A stretch of DNA of 64,000 bases from Methylococcales bacterium (lineage in GTDB: Bacteria > Pseudomonadota > Gammaproteobacteria > Methylococcales > DRLZ01), in contig CBDCZN010000002.1 in NCBI GenBank assembly GCA_965224565.1, positions 602,570-666,569 of the forward strand. The letters run 5' to 3'. This document shows positions 37,947 to 48,147 of the stretch, one piece after another (position 1 is the stretch's first letter; each line of letters opens with the position of its first letter). The notes under the pieces were generated by a model. That model ran no database searches. It saw nothing but the letters and a program-made list of their open reading frames with translations, and was not told the DNA's origin. A program made the translations under genes and the position numbers.

Positions 37947-38430
37947 ATAGGTTAGTCCAGAATAAAATCAGGTTTAGTGCCGCCATTTAATATCCAGTCA
38001 TAAAGTGCTTTTGTATGATTTTCTGTTGCTTTCCAGCATATCTTTATGATATTAGTGCTTCCATTTTCTCCTATCCTAACTTCTCATAGGGTGTTAATCT
38101 ATATCTTAAGACTTATTTTTCACAATATCATTGTTTATACTATTTGCATCTATTGGATAAAATGCATTTGAATTCTTCGGGATAGGCACAAAACAATGGT
38201 TTTACCATGGCTACCTACATATTTTCTATCTAGTAAAGTCCAGTATTACGCCCATATCTATAAAATCTCCACCTTAATTTATTTTTTTTAATCCATGTGG
38301 CTGTTTCTATTTCATATAATCCGAGAGGCATCCAATACTGATGATCTTTATTACAAAGCCACTTATATCCTTTTAAAGGTCCATTTACAATTGTAATAAT
38401 TCGACCATCTCTAAAATAAATATTTCACTA
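37947..38430 (-). pseudogene. Decayed FkbM-type methyltransferase remnant
   Basis: No ORF of 60 aa or more. Minus-strand translation of 38215-38420 gives IVNGPLKGYKWLCNKDHQYWMPLGLYEIETATWIKKNKLRWRFYRYGRNTGLY-stop. This resembles the FkbM N-terminus plus a degraded YDIGAN.G SAM motif. Further FkbM-like pieces (IIKICWKATE in place of KIDVEGAE) lie in other frames. Confidence 0.4.
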
Positions 38431-38491
38431 TTTTTCTAACCAATATTTTTTTTCCTGATGAGCGCATATTCCATAAATTCATAAGTAGTTC

Positions 38492-39706
38492 TTATAGATT
38501 GTTATTTAAATTGATAATACCTGATGTGTTCAAAGAGAATAGCAATTCTCTCATACAGATTGATCGAGAGTATTTTTTTTCAGCAGCACGTCTTGCGTTT
38601 TGTCTAAGAATGTTCAATTGCTTTTTGTTATCAACTAGATCAGTGATTGCCTTGCTAATTGCTTCGGGTTTTCCAGGGTCAACAATTACACCACAAGACT
38701 CGGTTTGTAAAGTCAAGGCAAGGTCATTCCTCCCTTGACAGATGCCTATGATGGCTGAACCCGCTGCCATGTAGTAATACATCTTGCTGGGTATCATCAG
38801 CCCTTCAGCGCCTTTGTCTAAGGTTACTAATGAAATATCACCAAGAGTCATTGTAAAAGGAAGCTGATCTTCTGGTTGAAAGGGAAGAACTCGTACATTT
38901 TTCAAACTATGTTGTTTTACAAAGTCAACTGCGGTTTGCCATTTCGCACCTTCACCAATAAACAAGAAATTAATATCATTACGGTGGGAAAGAGACTTAG
39001 AGGCTTGAAGCATGCATTCAATATCATGGCTAATACCCATATTCCCCGAATAAAGAACCGTAATCTTATCTTCCTGATTGAGTTGTTGTGCCAATGGGTT
39101 TTTACTTTTAAGCAGTGGCTTAATATTATTAGTATCAGCCCAAGGAGGAATGACCCCGACTTCACCTAATGTAGTTTTTTCGGCAGAGAATTGAACGGTT
39201 AACTTTTCAGCCATTACCTTTCCAATCGTATAAACAGCCACAGCATTGCTCCAGACTTGTTTATTTATCTTTCGCCAAATTTTTGTTAACCAAGATTGTT
39301 CGTCGAGAACACCAAAACTTACTAATGTTTCAGGATGTATATCATAGACCAACACAACATAAGGTGTTTTTTTAACAGACTTAACAAACCATGCCAAAAA
39401 TCCTAAAAAGGGTGGGTTCGAAACAATAAACAAACATGTCTGCTTATCTGCTTTTAGCATATACCAAAAAGCAATAACAGAGTAATGAAGCCAAGATAGT
39501 ACCCTATTAAGTTTGGAAGATCTGTTATAAACAGGAGCCTTGGCGATCATTAGGTGTTGTAGTGAATCTGCTAATGTCAAAGTATCAGGGTGTCCTGTTA
39601 AAAGTACGCATTTACTTGGCATTTGCTTTGCTAAATCTTCAGCTAACTCACGAAACAAGGGACCTGCCATTTGATTTAAAAATAAAAATTTGTTTATTTT
39701 AGCCAT
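38492..39706 (-). CDS. Glycosyltransferase family 4 (WbuB-like)
   Basis: C-terminal GT4 motifs (LYSGNMGISHDI, EGLMIPSKMYYYMAAGSAII). The start is placed at MAKINKFLFLNQMAGP, which overlaps the upstream stop by 8 nt; the track ORF extends to 39742. Confidence 0.8.
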   Translation of the reverse strand: MAKINKFLFLNQMAGPLFRELAEDLAKQMPSKCVLLTGHPDTLTLADSLQHLMIAKAPVYNRSSKLNRVLSWLHYSVIAFWYMLKADKQTCLFIVSNPPFLGFLAWFVKSVKKTPYVVLVYDIHPETLVSFGVLDEQSWLTKIWRKINKQVWSNAVAVYTIGKVMAEKLTVQFSAEKTTLGEVGVIPPWADTNNIKPLLKSKNPLAQQLNQEDKITVLYSGNMGISHDIECMLQASKSLSHRNDINFLFIGEGAKWQTAVDFVKQHSLKNVRVLPFQPEDQLPFTMTLGDISLVTLDKGAEGLMIPSKMYYYMAAGSAIIGICQGRNDLALTLQTESCGVIVDPGKPEAISKAITDLVDNKKQLNILRQNARRAAEKKYSRSICMRELLFSLNTSGIINLNNNL

Positions 39707-40898
39707 GATCGTTAGAAAAAAATTGTAATAAAGGGGCTTCAATTTTTAAAAGTTCAGATAAGTAATCAGCCAATAAGTCTGACTTGGTGTGGATGGGTTC
39801 TACAGCCACTTCTTGAAGCCTAACCAATAAATCTTCGAGTAGAAAAACAGGTAGGTAATATTTGTTTTCCCAGCTAAGAGGGTGCCCTGTCCAATCATAA
39901 AAGCTTTCTCCTTTCATTAATTTTTTAAATAAAGAAAGAAAACGAGTAGATAAGTCGTTGACAAATCGGCTTTCTAGATTAAAAACAATAGCATCATAAA
40001 AAATAGAGCGATTAGATGAATATTCCCAATCAATGATCCAAAAATCATCATCTGCACAGAGTAAGTTGCCTGGTTGAAAATCGCCATGAGTCATAGCCAT
40101 TAGAACGATTTCACCCTCATACACATGCAAGGCTTCTTGCATGTTTTTCACAAAATGGCGTACGTTAGATTGATCGTGAGTAGGTAGTTCGTGCAAAGTA
40201 GAATCAAGAAAGCCCAAGATATGATTTACAATTTTTTGGCTATAATGTTGCACAGACAATGAGTGTCTGGAATGATCATACAATTTAGCAAGTGCTTCGT
40301 TTGTCTTTTTAAGGATAGTTGTTCGCTGTGCTAAAGATGAGAGGCGATTCCATGGCAGGCCAATCACACGTTGCTCTTCATACCAACCACTACCTTGTTT
40401 TAATACAGAGGGAGAAGGTAGCCATTCATACTGTGATCTTATCGTTGAATCTGCTTTCAAAAACTCAAGGTTGAAGCCTGTCTTAACAAAAACAAAACAA
40501 CGATTTTGAATAACATCAATTACACGAATACTATGATTCCCTGGAATAAAAACCCAGTTATTACAGTCTTCTGGAAGGCCGTTAATAGTAATTGATGGAG
40601 TTGATAAAAAAAACTCAAAAGGTTTTCTTACCGCTAAAAACGTATATAACGTCTGAGCCATTCTGCGTAAGAATTTCGGGTGATATAAGAACTCACTCGT
40701 TAATGCGGATAGCTGGCTTCTTTTGATGCCAGTAGGGTAAATAACGTTTAAGAAGCTATTAGAAAGAAACCGTGTACCTTTGGATGATTCCCACTTTATC
40801 TTCCCTTGCCATTCAAACTGCTCTTGTAAAAAACAGGTTACAGAGGAAACGAAAATATCATTAAAGTTTTCCCTTTTTTTTAATAACGCTATTCTCAT
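39699..40898 (-). CDS. Aminoglycoside/choline-kinase-like phosphotransferase (APH fold)
   Basis: 399 aa with the catalytic-loop and DxD-type motifs THGDFQPGNLLCADDDFWIIDWEYS. The substrate is unknown. Confidence 0.7.
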   Translation of the reverse strand: MRIALLKKRENFNDIFVSSVTCFLQEQFEWQGKIKWESSKGTRFLSNSFLNVIYPTGIKRSQLSALTSEFLYHPKFLRRMAQTLYTFLAVRKPFEFFLSTPSITINGLPEDCNNWVFIPGNHSIRVIDVIQNRCFVFVKTGFNLEFLKADSTIRSQYEWLPSPSVLKQGSGWYEEQRVIGLPWNRLSSLAQRTTILKKTNEALAKLYDHSRHSLSVQHYSQKIVNHILGFLDSTLHELPTHDQSNVRHFVKNMQEALHVYEGEIVLMAMTHGDFQPGNLLCADDDFWIIDWEYSSNRSIFYDAIVFNLESRFVNDLSTRFLSLFKKLMKGESFYDWTGHPLSWENKYYLPVFLLEDLLVRLQEVAVEPIHTKSDLLADYLSELLKIEAPLLQFFSNDHG

Positions 40899-41554
40899 TA
40901 GGGTGTGTTAAAAATGACTTTTTGTATTTCTTCTTGGATTGCTTCTACAGACTGTTGACAATCAATTTTGTGATATTTGTTAGAAGGAAAGAGGGATTCA
41001 TCCATATAGGATTCTAGTCTAAAATACAGTGTTTCAGGAGAATCGGGGAAGGGTTCATTTTTCATTTTTGAGCGTACTAAACTTACATTAACCGGAACGT
41101 AAAGTAAAAATCTATAATCAGGTTCAGGGACTAACCTAACAAGCATGCGCCATAAAAAACCATCCTCATTAAATTGACTTGAAAAGTTACGTTTAAAATC
41201 AATTTGAGTGTCCTTGATATAGCGGTCGCATATAACTATTTTTCCAGTTAAATTTAGGTAGCGAGCATAAATACCAAGATAGAGAAAAAGATCAATTGTT
41301 GAAATTGTTAACCATAAGCTTGATACTGAATTCTTACGAATTAAATCTTCTCTTTTTTTGCTGTCTCCTGATGTGGGTAACTTTTCCCTAAAAACAATGC
41401 GTACAATATTTTTTAAAGATACAAAGAATGGTGTGTAACCACCTCTAGCCCATAAACATCTAGTTTGCTTATTTTGTGATTGGATTTTTTTTGCTAACAA
41501 GTCAATTTGTGTGGACTTGCCAGAACCATCAGTACCACTATATGTAATAATCAT
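40898..41554 (-). CDS. P-loop kinase of the thymidylate-kinase-like family
   Basis: 218 aa with the N-terminal P-loop MIITYSGTDGSGKSTQIDLL (dTMP-kinase-like) and DRY in VICDRYIKD. 1-nt stop/start overlap (TAATG) with the APH-like gene. Confidence 0.65.
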   Translation of the reverse strand: MIITYSGTDGSGKSTQIDLLAKKIQSQNKQTRCLWARGGYTPFFVSLKNIVRIVFREKLPTSGDSKKREDLIRKNSVSSLWLTISTIDLFLYLGIYARYLNLTGKIVICDRYIKDTQIDFKRNFSSQFNEDGFLWRMLVRLVPEPDYRFLLYVPVNVSLVRSKMKNEPFPDSPETLYFRLESYMDESLFPSNKYHKIDCQQSVEAIQEEIQKVIFNTP

Positions 41555-42711
41555 AGTACACTCTTATACAATGAGAGTAGTGTAGATTGACCAAATGACT
41601 TTGATTCTAAATCTTTAGAAAAGTGAAGTGCATTTTGATGTAAAATATCCCAATTTTCAGGTGAGTCTAGTAGCTTCTTTATTTTATGCAAATAGTCGTT
41701 ATAGGAATTACCAGAAACAACATGTCCTGCTTTTGATTCTGAAATAATATCAGGAAGAGCCCCTTTATCAGATACTAATATAGGTGTTCCATGTACGACA
41801 GCTTCTGCAGCAGCAAGTCCAAAACTTTCGGAACATATTGATGGCATAATCAATAGTTTAGACCTTGAAAGGTATTTTAAAATATCAGTGTGGGATAGCT
41901 TACCAAGGATACGAACGTTATCTAAGTCTTTAATACGATGTAGTTTTTTCATATCAGGACCATCACCACAAATGTATATACTATAGGATGAGTTTTCTGC
42001 AAGATCTATTAGTATATCAATACCTTTTGCTACACTAACTCTTCCAGTAAAAATAATGTCAATATCCCTCTCCTCGAAAGTAGAATGGCTGTTTCCTTCA
42101 TTATAATTTTTCCAGTGCCCCAATACTGATAATTTGTTATCAGGAAAACCTAAGTTTGTATGAATAGTTTTTGTAAATGAAGAAACAGAAATATACTTAT
42201 CAACCCATTTATGCATGAAACCTGTTTTAATCCATATGAGGTTATTCATGGTCATTAATATACTTGCGAGCTTTGAGCCTTTAACACAACTTTTTCGAAT
42301 TCCAGAATAGGTATTTGTTAAACAATCAGTGCAGGGAGTGTCATTATTATAAAATGATCCTTCTATGCATGCCCAACGAGAGTGATGAAGTGTGTGAAAA
42401 ACCTTACATGATTTTAGCTTTGCGGCAATAAAAACAGAAGGCGAAAGGTAGGGCGTTATGTTGTGAATATGGACTATATCAGCATTGAATACGGCTATTT
42501 CATTTTTGAGACAAAAGAATGCACGAAGCGAAAAGAATAAATTTAAAAGTACAAACAAATTATTCTTGTTACTACCAATTAATTTCTGGGTGCTTATTAC
42601 CTTAACTGATACTCCTGATTTTTCTAACTCACATACATTATTTTTTGCAGCTATATATTCACCTGATACTTTTACATCCGAGAAATCATCGAATATTATT
42701 ATTACTCTCAT
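41551..42711 (-). CDS. Glycosyltransferase family 4
   Basis: 386 aa with the GT4 C-terminal motif PSICSESFGLAAAEAVVHGTPILVSDKGALPDII (E-x7-E). Confidence 0.8.
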   Translation of the reverse strand: MRVIIIFDDFSDVKVSGEYIAAKNNVCELEKSGVSVKVISTQKLIGSNKNNLFVLLNLFFSLRAFFCLKNEIAVFNADIVHIHNITPYLSPSVFIAAKLKSCKVFHTLHHSRWACIEGSFYNNDTPCTDCLTNTYSGIRKSCVKGSKLASILMTMNNLIWIKTGFMHKWVDKYISVSSFTKTIHTNLGFPDNKLSVLGHWKNYNEGNSHSTFEERDIDIIFTGRVSVAKGIDILIDLAENSSYSIYICGDGPDMKKLHRIKDLDNVRILGKLSHTDILKYLSRSKLLIMPSICSESFGLAAAEAVVHGTPILVSDKGALPDIISESKAGHVVSGNSYNDYLHKIKKLLDSPENWDILHQNALHFSKDLESKSFGQSTLLSLYKSVL

Positions 42712-42817
42712 TATTTTTGCTTACTAAGGGCTTTAGCGGCACTCTCAAACGCCAATGACTGACCATTAACTGGTGGTGATTTTGATCCTACAAGTAATAT
42801 TTTAATTTGGACACTAT

Positions 42818-44026
42818 CTAAAGCTTCTGATAATATTTATAATGACAACTATTCTTTATATTTCTTGATCTGATATAAGGTAAAATCAGTACAACACCCA
42901 TAAATATAACAAGTGGAGAGAAAAATGATGTTATAGTGGTTATAAATAATGATTGAGCTAGATATGCCACATATATACTATAATACATTCTTTTATTGTA
43001 ATGGTCACTATATTTAACAATTTTATACACATAGTAATATGGGATTAAGAATATTATAATCCCTAGAAGCCCTCCTTCCATGTATAATTCTAGATATGAG
43101 TTATCTGCATGAAGCTTTTGAATAGAGTTAACATTTGAGACTCTCGAATATCGATTAACCATATGGCTTGTGTCTATAATATCATTTGCACCAAATAATA
43201 GAGACATGGTGCTCTGACTTAACATCTCATTAATCTTATATTCCCATATAACAAGTCTGCCACTCGATAATGAGTTTGCTTGATCATAGCTTAGAGTGCT
43301 TAATGTGAAAATAACCAGAAGTGCACCCATAATCTGTAATATAATCTTTCCTCGTAGCTTATATATATAAAACAAATAAATAAAAACAAGCATCCATACT
43401 ATTACATTTCTAGAATTAGCCAGAAACACATGGTATATTGAAATAATCATTATAAGGATAGAAAAAATCCTGACCCATTTTGACATGCTTTTATATAAAA
43501 TTACTAATGAAATAAAAATAATCTGCCAATATTGCGCATAATAATTAGGGTTTTCATATCCCATGGTATACCTTTTTATAAAGATCGTCTCTGTGTAAAT
43601 ATTTGTATAGGTTGAATAGAGCCCCCATAATAAAACTAAGCTAGCTGCTGCAATTGTATATAAAAAGTACTCCCTTATTTTAATATCATCGTTTAGAAAT
43701 ATAAAGCTCAATATAAAAATATAGTACACCCAAACAAAATATAATATAGAAGTATAAATATTTAGGCTGTTCTTATAAAATAAACTTATAGCTAAGTAAT
43801 AAATTGGGTATATTAAAGCACTAATAAATATCTTTCTATTCAATACCCCATTCATGCATAGCCAATTAACAGTTAATGTTAGCAATAAAAAGCCAAGGAT
43901 AATCATTTTCGATGAGTCGATTCTACTTGCTAGTTCTTGTGGAATTGCTAGGCTTGTCCTCAATCCCATGACTAATAATAGCGCACTATATAGAATGATG
44001 GGTATTTTTCTGATAACTCGTTTCAT
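42818..44026 (-). CDS. O-antigen/oligosaccharide-repeat polymerase or ligase-like membrane protein (Wzy-like)
   Basis: 402 aa with about 10 or more hydrophobic helices. It has a periplasmic-loop region with HADNSYLELYMEGGLLG, resembling the Wzy_C/O-antigen ligase motif. Confidence 0.65.
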   Translation of the reverse strand: MKRVIRKIPIILYSALLLVMGLRTSLAIPQELASRIDSSKMIILGFLLLTLTVNWLCMNGVLNRKIFISALIYPIYYLAISLFYKNSLNIYTSILYFVWVYYIFILSFIFLNDDIKIREYFLYTIAAASLVLLWGLYSTYTNIYTETIFIKRYTMGYENPNYYAQYWQIIFISLVILYKSMSKWVRIFSILIMIISIYHVFLANSRNVIVWMLVFIYLFYIYKLRGKIILQIMGALLVIFTLSTLSYDQANSLSSGRLVIWEYKINEMLSQSTMSLLFGANDIIDTSHMVNRYSRVSNVNSIQKLHADNSYLELYMEGGLLGIIIFLIPYYYVYKIVKYSDHYNKRMYYSIYVAYLAQSLFITTITSFFSPLVIFMGVVLILPYIRSRNIKNSCHYKYYQKL

Positions 44027-44031
44027 TTTAC

Positions 44032-45528
44032 CTATCTTTTTATTATATTAAGTACTATGCTAGCTGCGATTATAAAAAGTTTTCTTGATTGAGGCATAGA
44101 AAACATCGTGAAGCTGTATAATACCATAAATATACTACCTGATATGATTATGCTAATAATGGAAATTGAGTTTTGGTCTGCAACAAATAGAGTAATTGTA
44201 CTCAGGCTTATCTTTCCTAATATATATGCAATTATTGCATTGCTGATAATAATAATCCATAGAGGGATTACATGGTTAGCTATTTTTGATAATTTAATTC
44301 CAAAATTACGCATAGAAAAACCGGCAAAAATTAATGAGAATCCTCCTAGATAAATCCCAATTACTAATGATATAACCCTTATATCATCACTTTTAGTCGA
44401 CATTAATAACGCAATCAGAATCAAACCAACACCCTGAATTATATTAATCATTGCAAGTCTTCGGAATAATCCTAATGTCATTAGGCTTGTGCTCGTGAAT
44501 ATAGTTAATATTCTTAATGGAAAAAATATAGAAAGTAACTGTACAATTTGTTCGATACCTGGATATTTTTCAGACCAACCAAGCAAATATGATATGGGTT
44601 CTATTGAGATAGCTATTAGCATACTTAAAAAAGGACCGATCATCATAACTGCTGTTAATGCTTGTAATAGTTGCGTTCGTTGTTCTTCTTTTTTTCCATC
44701 TAGCCCAGATAAAGATGGGAATAATACTTTTTGTACATTGTTCGCGAGCAGAGCACCAATTTGTGCTACAAGTTCAAATGAAAAATAATATATACCGACC
44801 ATACCTTTAGAAAAAAATACACCAAGTACTAAGTAGTCACCACATTGTAACAATGCCACAGCAAATTGTCCTATGATAATCCAAATAGTGGCGTCTAGTA
44901 TTAATCTACATTGCAAACAACTTAAACTATTCTTCCACAATGAAACTTTTGTGTGCTTATAAGTCCAAATGCTTTCTAAGATGGCAATAAGAGGAATTGG
45001 TATTACAAAACTGTAAGGACCAAAGTCAAGCCATGCAAGTAGGATCCAAGATCCAAACTTTATTAATGCTGTTACAGTTGTTATATGAGCAATTAAAATA
45101 AATTTCCCATCTATTGAAAGCTTGGTAATAAAAATACTGGCAGGAGTTCTTAGTGGAATAGAGACAGCTAATATGATAAGGAGTAATAGAATTCTGTCGT
45201 CAAAATAATAGTCAGCTAGAAAAGGTGCAACACAACTTATTAATATAGCAATAATAATATTGAAACTTAAAGCTAACCAGAAGGCTGATACAGATAAAGA
45301 ATCAAAACTATTTTTATTCCTGTGTGTTAAATAATTTGCAACCCCTGCATCACGTAACGAATTGAAAAGTAGATAAATTGAAATAACAATGGCGTAAACG
45401 CCAAAATCTTCCTTTACTAGTAGAGCTGCTAATGCAATCTGTGCAACTAAACTACCAAGCCTGGTTGCAATTGCTCCTGCTATCATCCAAGTTACATTAG
45501 TTATGAATGATACGCTACGTGTTTTCAC
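44032..45528 (-). CDS. wzx: Oligosaccharide flippase (MOP/Wzx family)
   Basis: 498 aa polytopic membrane protein. The N-terminus (NVTWMIAGAIATRLGSLVAQIALAALL) is typical of polysaccharide-biosynthesis flippases. It is adjacent to the Wzy-like gene. Confidence 0.7.
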   Translation of the reverse strand: MKTRSVSFITNVTWMIAGAIATRLGSLVAQIALAALLVKEDFGVYAIVISIYLLFNSLRDAGVANYLTHRNKNSFDSLSVSAFWLALSFNIIIAILISCVAPFLADYYFDDRILLLLIILAVSIPLRTPASIFITKLSIDGKFILIAHITTVTALIKFGSWILLAWLDFGPYSFVIPIPLIAILESIWTYKHTKVSLWKNSLSCLQCRLILDATIWIIIGQFAVALLQCGDYLVLGVFFSKGMVGIYYFSFELVAQIGALLANNVQKVLFPSLSGLDGKKEEQRTQLLQALTAVMMIGPFLSMLIAISIEPISYLLGWSEKYPGIEQIVQLLSIFFPLRILTIFTSTSLMTLGLFRRLAMINIIQGVGLILIALLMSTKSDDIRVISLVIGIYLGGFSLIFAGFSMRNFGIKLSKIANHVIPLWIIIISNAIIAYILGKISLSTITLFVADQNSISIISIIISGSIFMVLYSFTMFSMPQSRKLFIIAASIVLNIIKR

Positions 45529-45569
45529 TTAAAATATATGAAGCATTTATTCATATGCAATTAATATAA

Positions 45570-46706
45570 TCAGTTCACATATTTATTCAATGCTTTTTTA
45601 ACTATTTCTACCACACGAGAGATTGGCCATGTTTCAGCCGTTTCTCTGGCATTAATGCTAGCATCCTTCAATAAATTTATATCTTCAAATGCCTGCATAG
45701 CAGCAACCATTTCAGACACATTGCCAACTTCAACTGTAAAACCATTTACTCTTGATATGACTCTTTCCTCTATGCTGCCGCAGGTAGTCGAGCCAATGAC
45801 AGGAATCCCCCAGCTCATTGCCTCAATAACTACAAGTGGAAAAGGATCATAGTATGCGGGATGAAATAACACATCGATTGCCATATAGAAATCGATCATG
45901 CCAGCTGGCTCCAACCAACCCAAAAACTCCACTTTTTCATGAATACCCATCTCTCTCGCTAGGTTCATTAATTTTGGTAACTGATCACCTGCTCCGGCAA
46001 CAAGCAAGCCTACTTTTTTTGTTGATTTCTTTTGACATTCGAAAAAGGTCTTTAATCCAATATCTTGAGCTTTTTTTTGGAAATCAATAGTTCCGCTAAT
46101 GCCAAACACTAGACCGTCTTTCTCGCACCCGATTTTTTTACGTAACGCTTCAGCTCTTTCACGGTTGACTTGGTTTTTTTTAAATAACTCAGGCTTGTTT
46201 AAGTCAACGACAAATTGGAAGTCATGAATTATTTCTTCTTTTGCTCCCATTTTGAGCAGCGCACGTTTTGCTGGTTGACCGCTGCCAAAAATTAAATCCA
46301 CATTGTTTAATAACCAGTATAAAAAACGTTTTCGAAAATATTGCTTCACAGCTGGTCTCTGTAATTGTTCTTGCGGGGTATCAACCCATAATGCTACTGG
46401 GTAATTTCTTATTATTCTTGCAAATAATAGCACTATACAGGGAATATGCGCCCAATCTCCAATTAAAAAAAGACTATTACTATCTTTCCACGCTTTATTA
46501 AATGAGGTCCAGTCGACTCCAAAAATTGTATTCATGAAATGGTTTGAATAACCCGTTGCCAAGACAGTATTCCAGGGGCGGCGATTACTTCTTTTCCATA
46601 GATGATATACTTGTAGGTTTATATCATAGTCATCATGTAGTGCTCTGAATAGATCATCATGATATGGAGTAGGTAGTTTATGAACTATGTATAAGTTATT
46701 TTTCAT
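45570..46706 (-). CDS. Glycosyltransferase family 4
   Basis: 378 aa with the C-terminal motif HPAYYDPFPLVVIEAMSWGIPVIGSTTCGSIEE (E-x7-E). Confidence 0.8.
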   Translation of the reverse strand: MKNNLYIVHKLPTPYHDDLFRALHDDYDINLQVYHLWKRSNRRPWNTVLATGYSNHFMNTIFGVDWTSFNKAWKDSNSLFLIGDWAHIPCIVLLFARIIRNYPVALWVDTPQEQLQRPAVKQYFRKRFLYWLLNNVDLIFGSGQPAKRALLKMGAKEEIIHDFQFVVDLNKPELFKKNQVNRERAEALRKKIGCEKDGLVFGISGTIDFQKKAQDIGLKTFFECQKKSTKKVGLLVAGAGDQLPKLMNLAREMGIHEKVEFLGWLEPAGMIDFYMAIDVLFHPAYYDPFPLVVIEAMSWGIPVIGSTTCGSIEERVISRVNGFTVEVGNVSEMVAAMQAFEDINLLKDASINARETAETWPISRVVEIVKKALNKYVN

Positions 46707-48147
46707 TACGATAAACTATTTTTGTTAACTTTATTATTCTATGACTAACAATGAGATATATCATTTTAACAAAAAGCTTAAAATCTCTCAATTTAGATAA
46801 AATATATGTTTTTGTAAACACCTTGCGTGCTTTTATCTTTATAAGCAGCAATAAAGGTTCTTTTTTTCCTTCCAATAATGAATTAATTAATTGTATGTCA
46901 TAACGATCCTTTGTTTCATTTCTATTTTTTTTCATTTTTTTAATAATATTTAATGAAGCGTATTTTAATCCGTCATAATAAAAGTGGTTTTCTGGATTAA
47001 ATATGATTTCATCTTTTGATGTAGGATGAAAGTGAAGTTCAGAATTATGATTGTCAATTTCATGGTTGGTACAATCAATTTCATAGTCACCGAAATTTAT
47101 GTAATCAAGATCTCTTGAATCCCGAATACCATATGCGGCTATTACAGAGCTACCATCTATACACAAAAATTCTTCATTAATTGCCAGACTCTTTAACCAG
47201 ACTTTATAATGTGTTAGTAGCTCTGAGTATTTTGGAAAGTTTTTGATTTTGGCATTGTTCATAAAGTGTATGCTGTTTAAATTAAAAACTTGTTGGGCTA
47301 GACGTATGGACTCCTCATGTGTATCTGTTGTATGGATGGTGTGATTTCCCATGCCATATAGTTTTCGTATATCTAGTTTTGCCTTTGTCAGGGATTCAAG
47401 ATGGCTCCGAATGACAAATACCTGTAGTTTTTCTTTACCCTGGAAACACCATTTTGCTTTTCGTTTAGCGCCTGCATAATCATCCTTATCATTACCAAGC
47501 CATTTTTCATTTTTATATAGTTGTCGCATTAATATTATTTGCCCAGTTTTAGTCAATGATATATCTTTTTTGTAGAATACTTTTCCCGCATTTTTTATAA
47601 TTGATTTGGCTTCATTTGTAAGCTCATTTATTGAGGGAAAAATAAACACCAAAAATGAATTTTTATTCAATTTACAATATTCAATTGCCACTGAATCTAA
47701 ATATTTTTCTTGAATACCTCTGTTTTTAAAGTATTTGTAGTCGTAGACTGGGCTTGATATTTTTTCCTTTTTAAATAATGGATTTTTTCCATAAAATAAA
47801 CATGCTGCTAAGCGGTGAGCGCCATTTAGCGGAGTGTTATCGATGCCTAATGGAATGGATCCAAAGGAAGGATCAAATCCTTTATCATTAATTGAATTTA
47901 AAATTATTTCATAAGCTTTGATGAAATCATCTTTGCCTAATTTTTTGGTGTTGTTTTCCTCTATAAATCCATTGAATACTCTAATATGTTCAATATACAG
48001 TTCTTTAAACCAAGTAGATTCTGTGTTTATTTCGCAACTTTTAGCGTACATGTATTTTATGATTACATCAAAGCGGTTTTCTAAAAATAATGTAGTTTCT
48101 GATATCATTGTGTTTTCCACATGTTGAGCATTAATGCAATCAACCAT
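46696..48147 (-). CDS. Hypothetical two-domain protein; the C-terminal half has a pol-beta-type nucleotidyltransferase-like motif
   Basis: 483 aa. The C-terminal DGSSVIAAYGIRDSRDLDYI fits the hG[GS]-x9-13-DhD NTase motif. The N-terminal half (PLNGAHRLAACLFYG) is unrecognised. It is the first gene of the overlapping-gene run 48147-38492. Confidence 0.4.
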   Translation of the reverse strand: MVDCINAQHVENTMISETTLFLENRFDVIIKYMYAKSCEINTESTWFKELYIEHIRVFNGFIEENNTKKLGKDDFIKAYEIILNSINDKGFDPSFGSIPLGIDNTPLNGAHRLAACLFYGKNPLFKKEKISSPVYDYKYFKNRGIQEKYLDSVAIEYCKLNKNSFLVFIFPSINELTNEAKSIIKNAGKVFYKKDISLTKTGQIILMRQLYKNEKWLGNDKDDYAGAKRKAKWCFQGKEKLQVFVIRSHLESLTKAKLDIRKLYGMGNHTIHTTDTHEESIRLAQQVFNLNSIHFMNNAKIKNFPKYSELLTHYKVWLKSLAINEEFLCIDGSSVIAAYGIRDSRDLDYINFGDYEIDCTNHEIDNHNSELHFHPTSKDEIIFNPENHFYYDGLKYASLNIIKKMKKNRNETKDRYDIQLINSLLEGKKEPLLLLIKIKARKVFTKTYILSKLRDFKLFVKMIYLIVSHRIIKLTKIVYRNEK

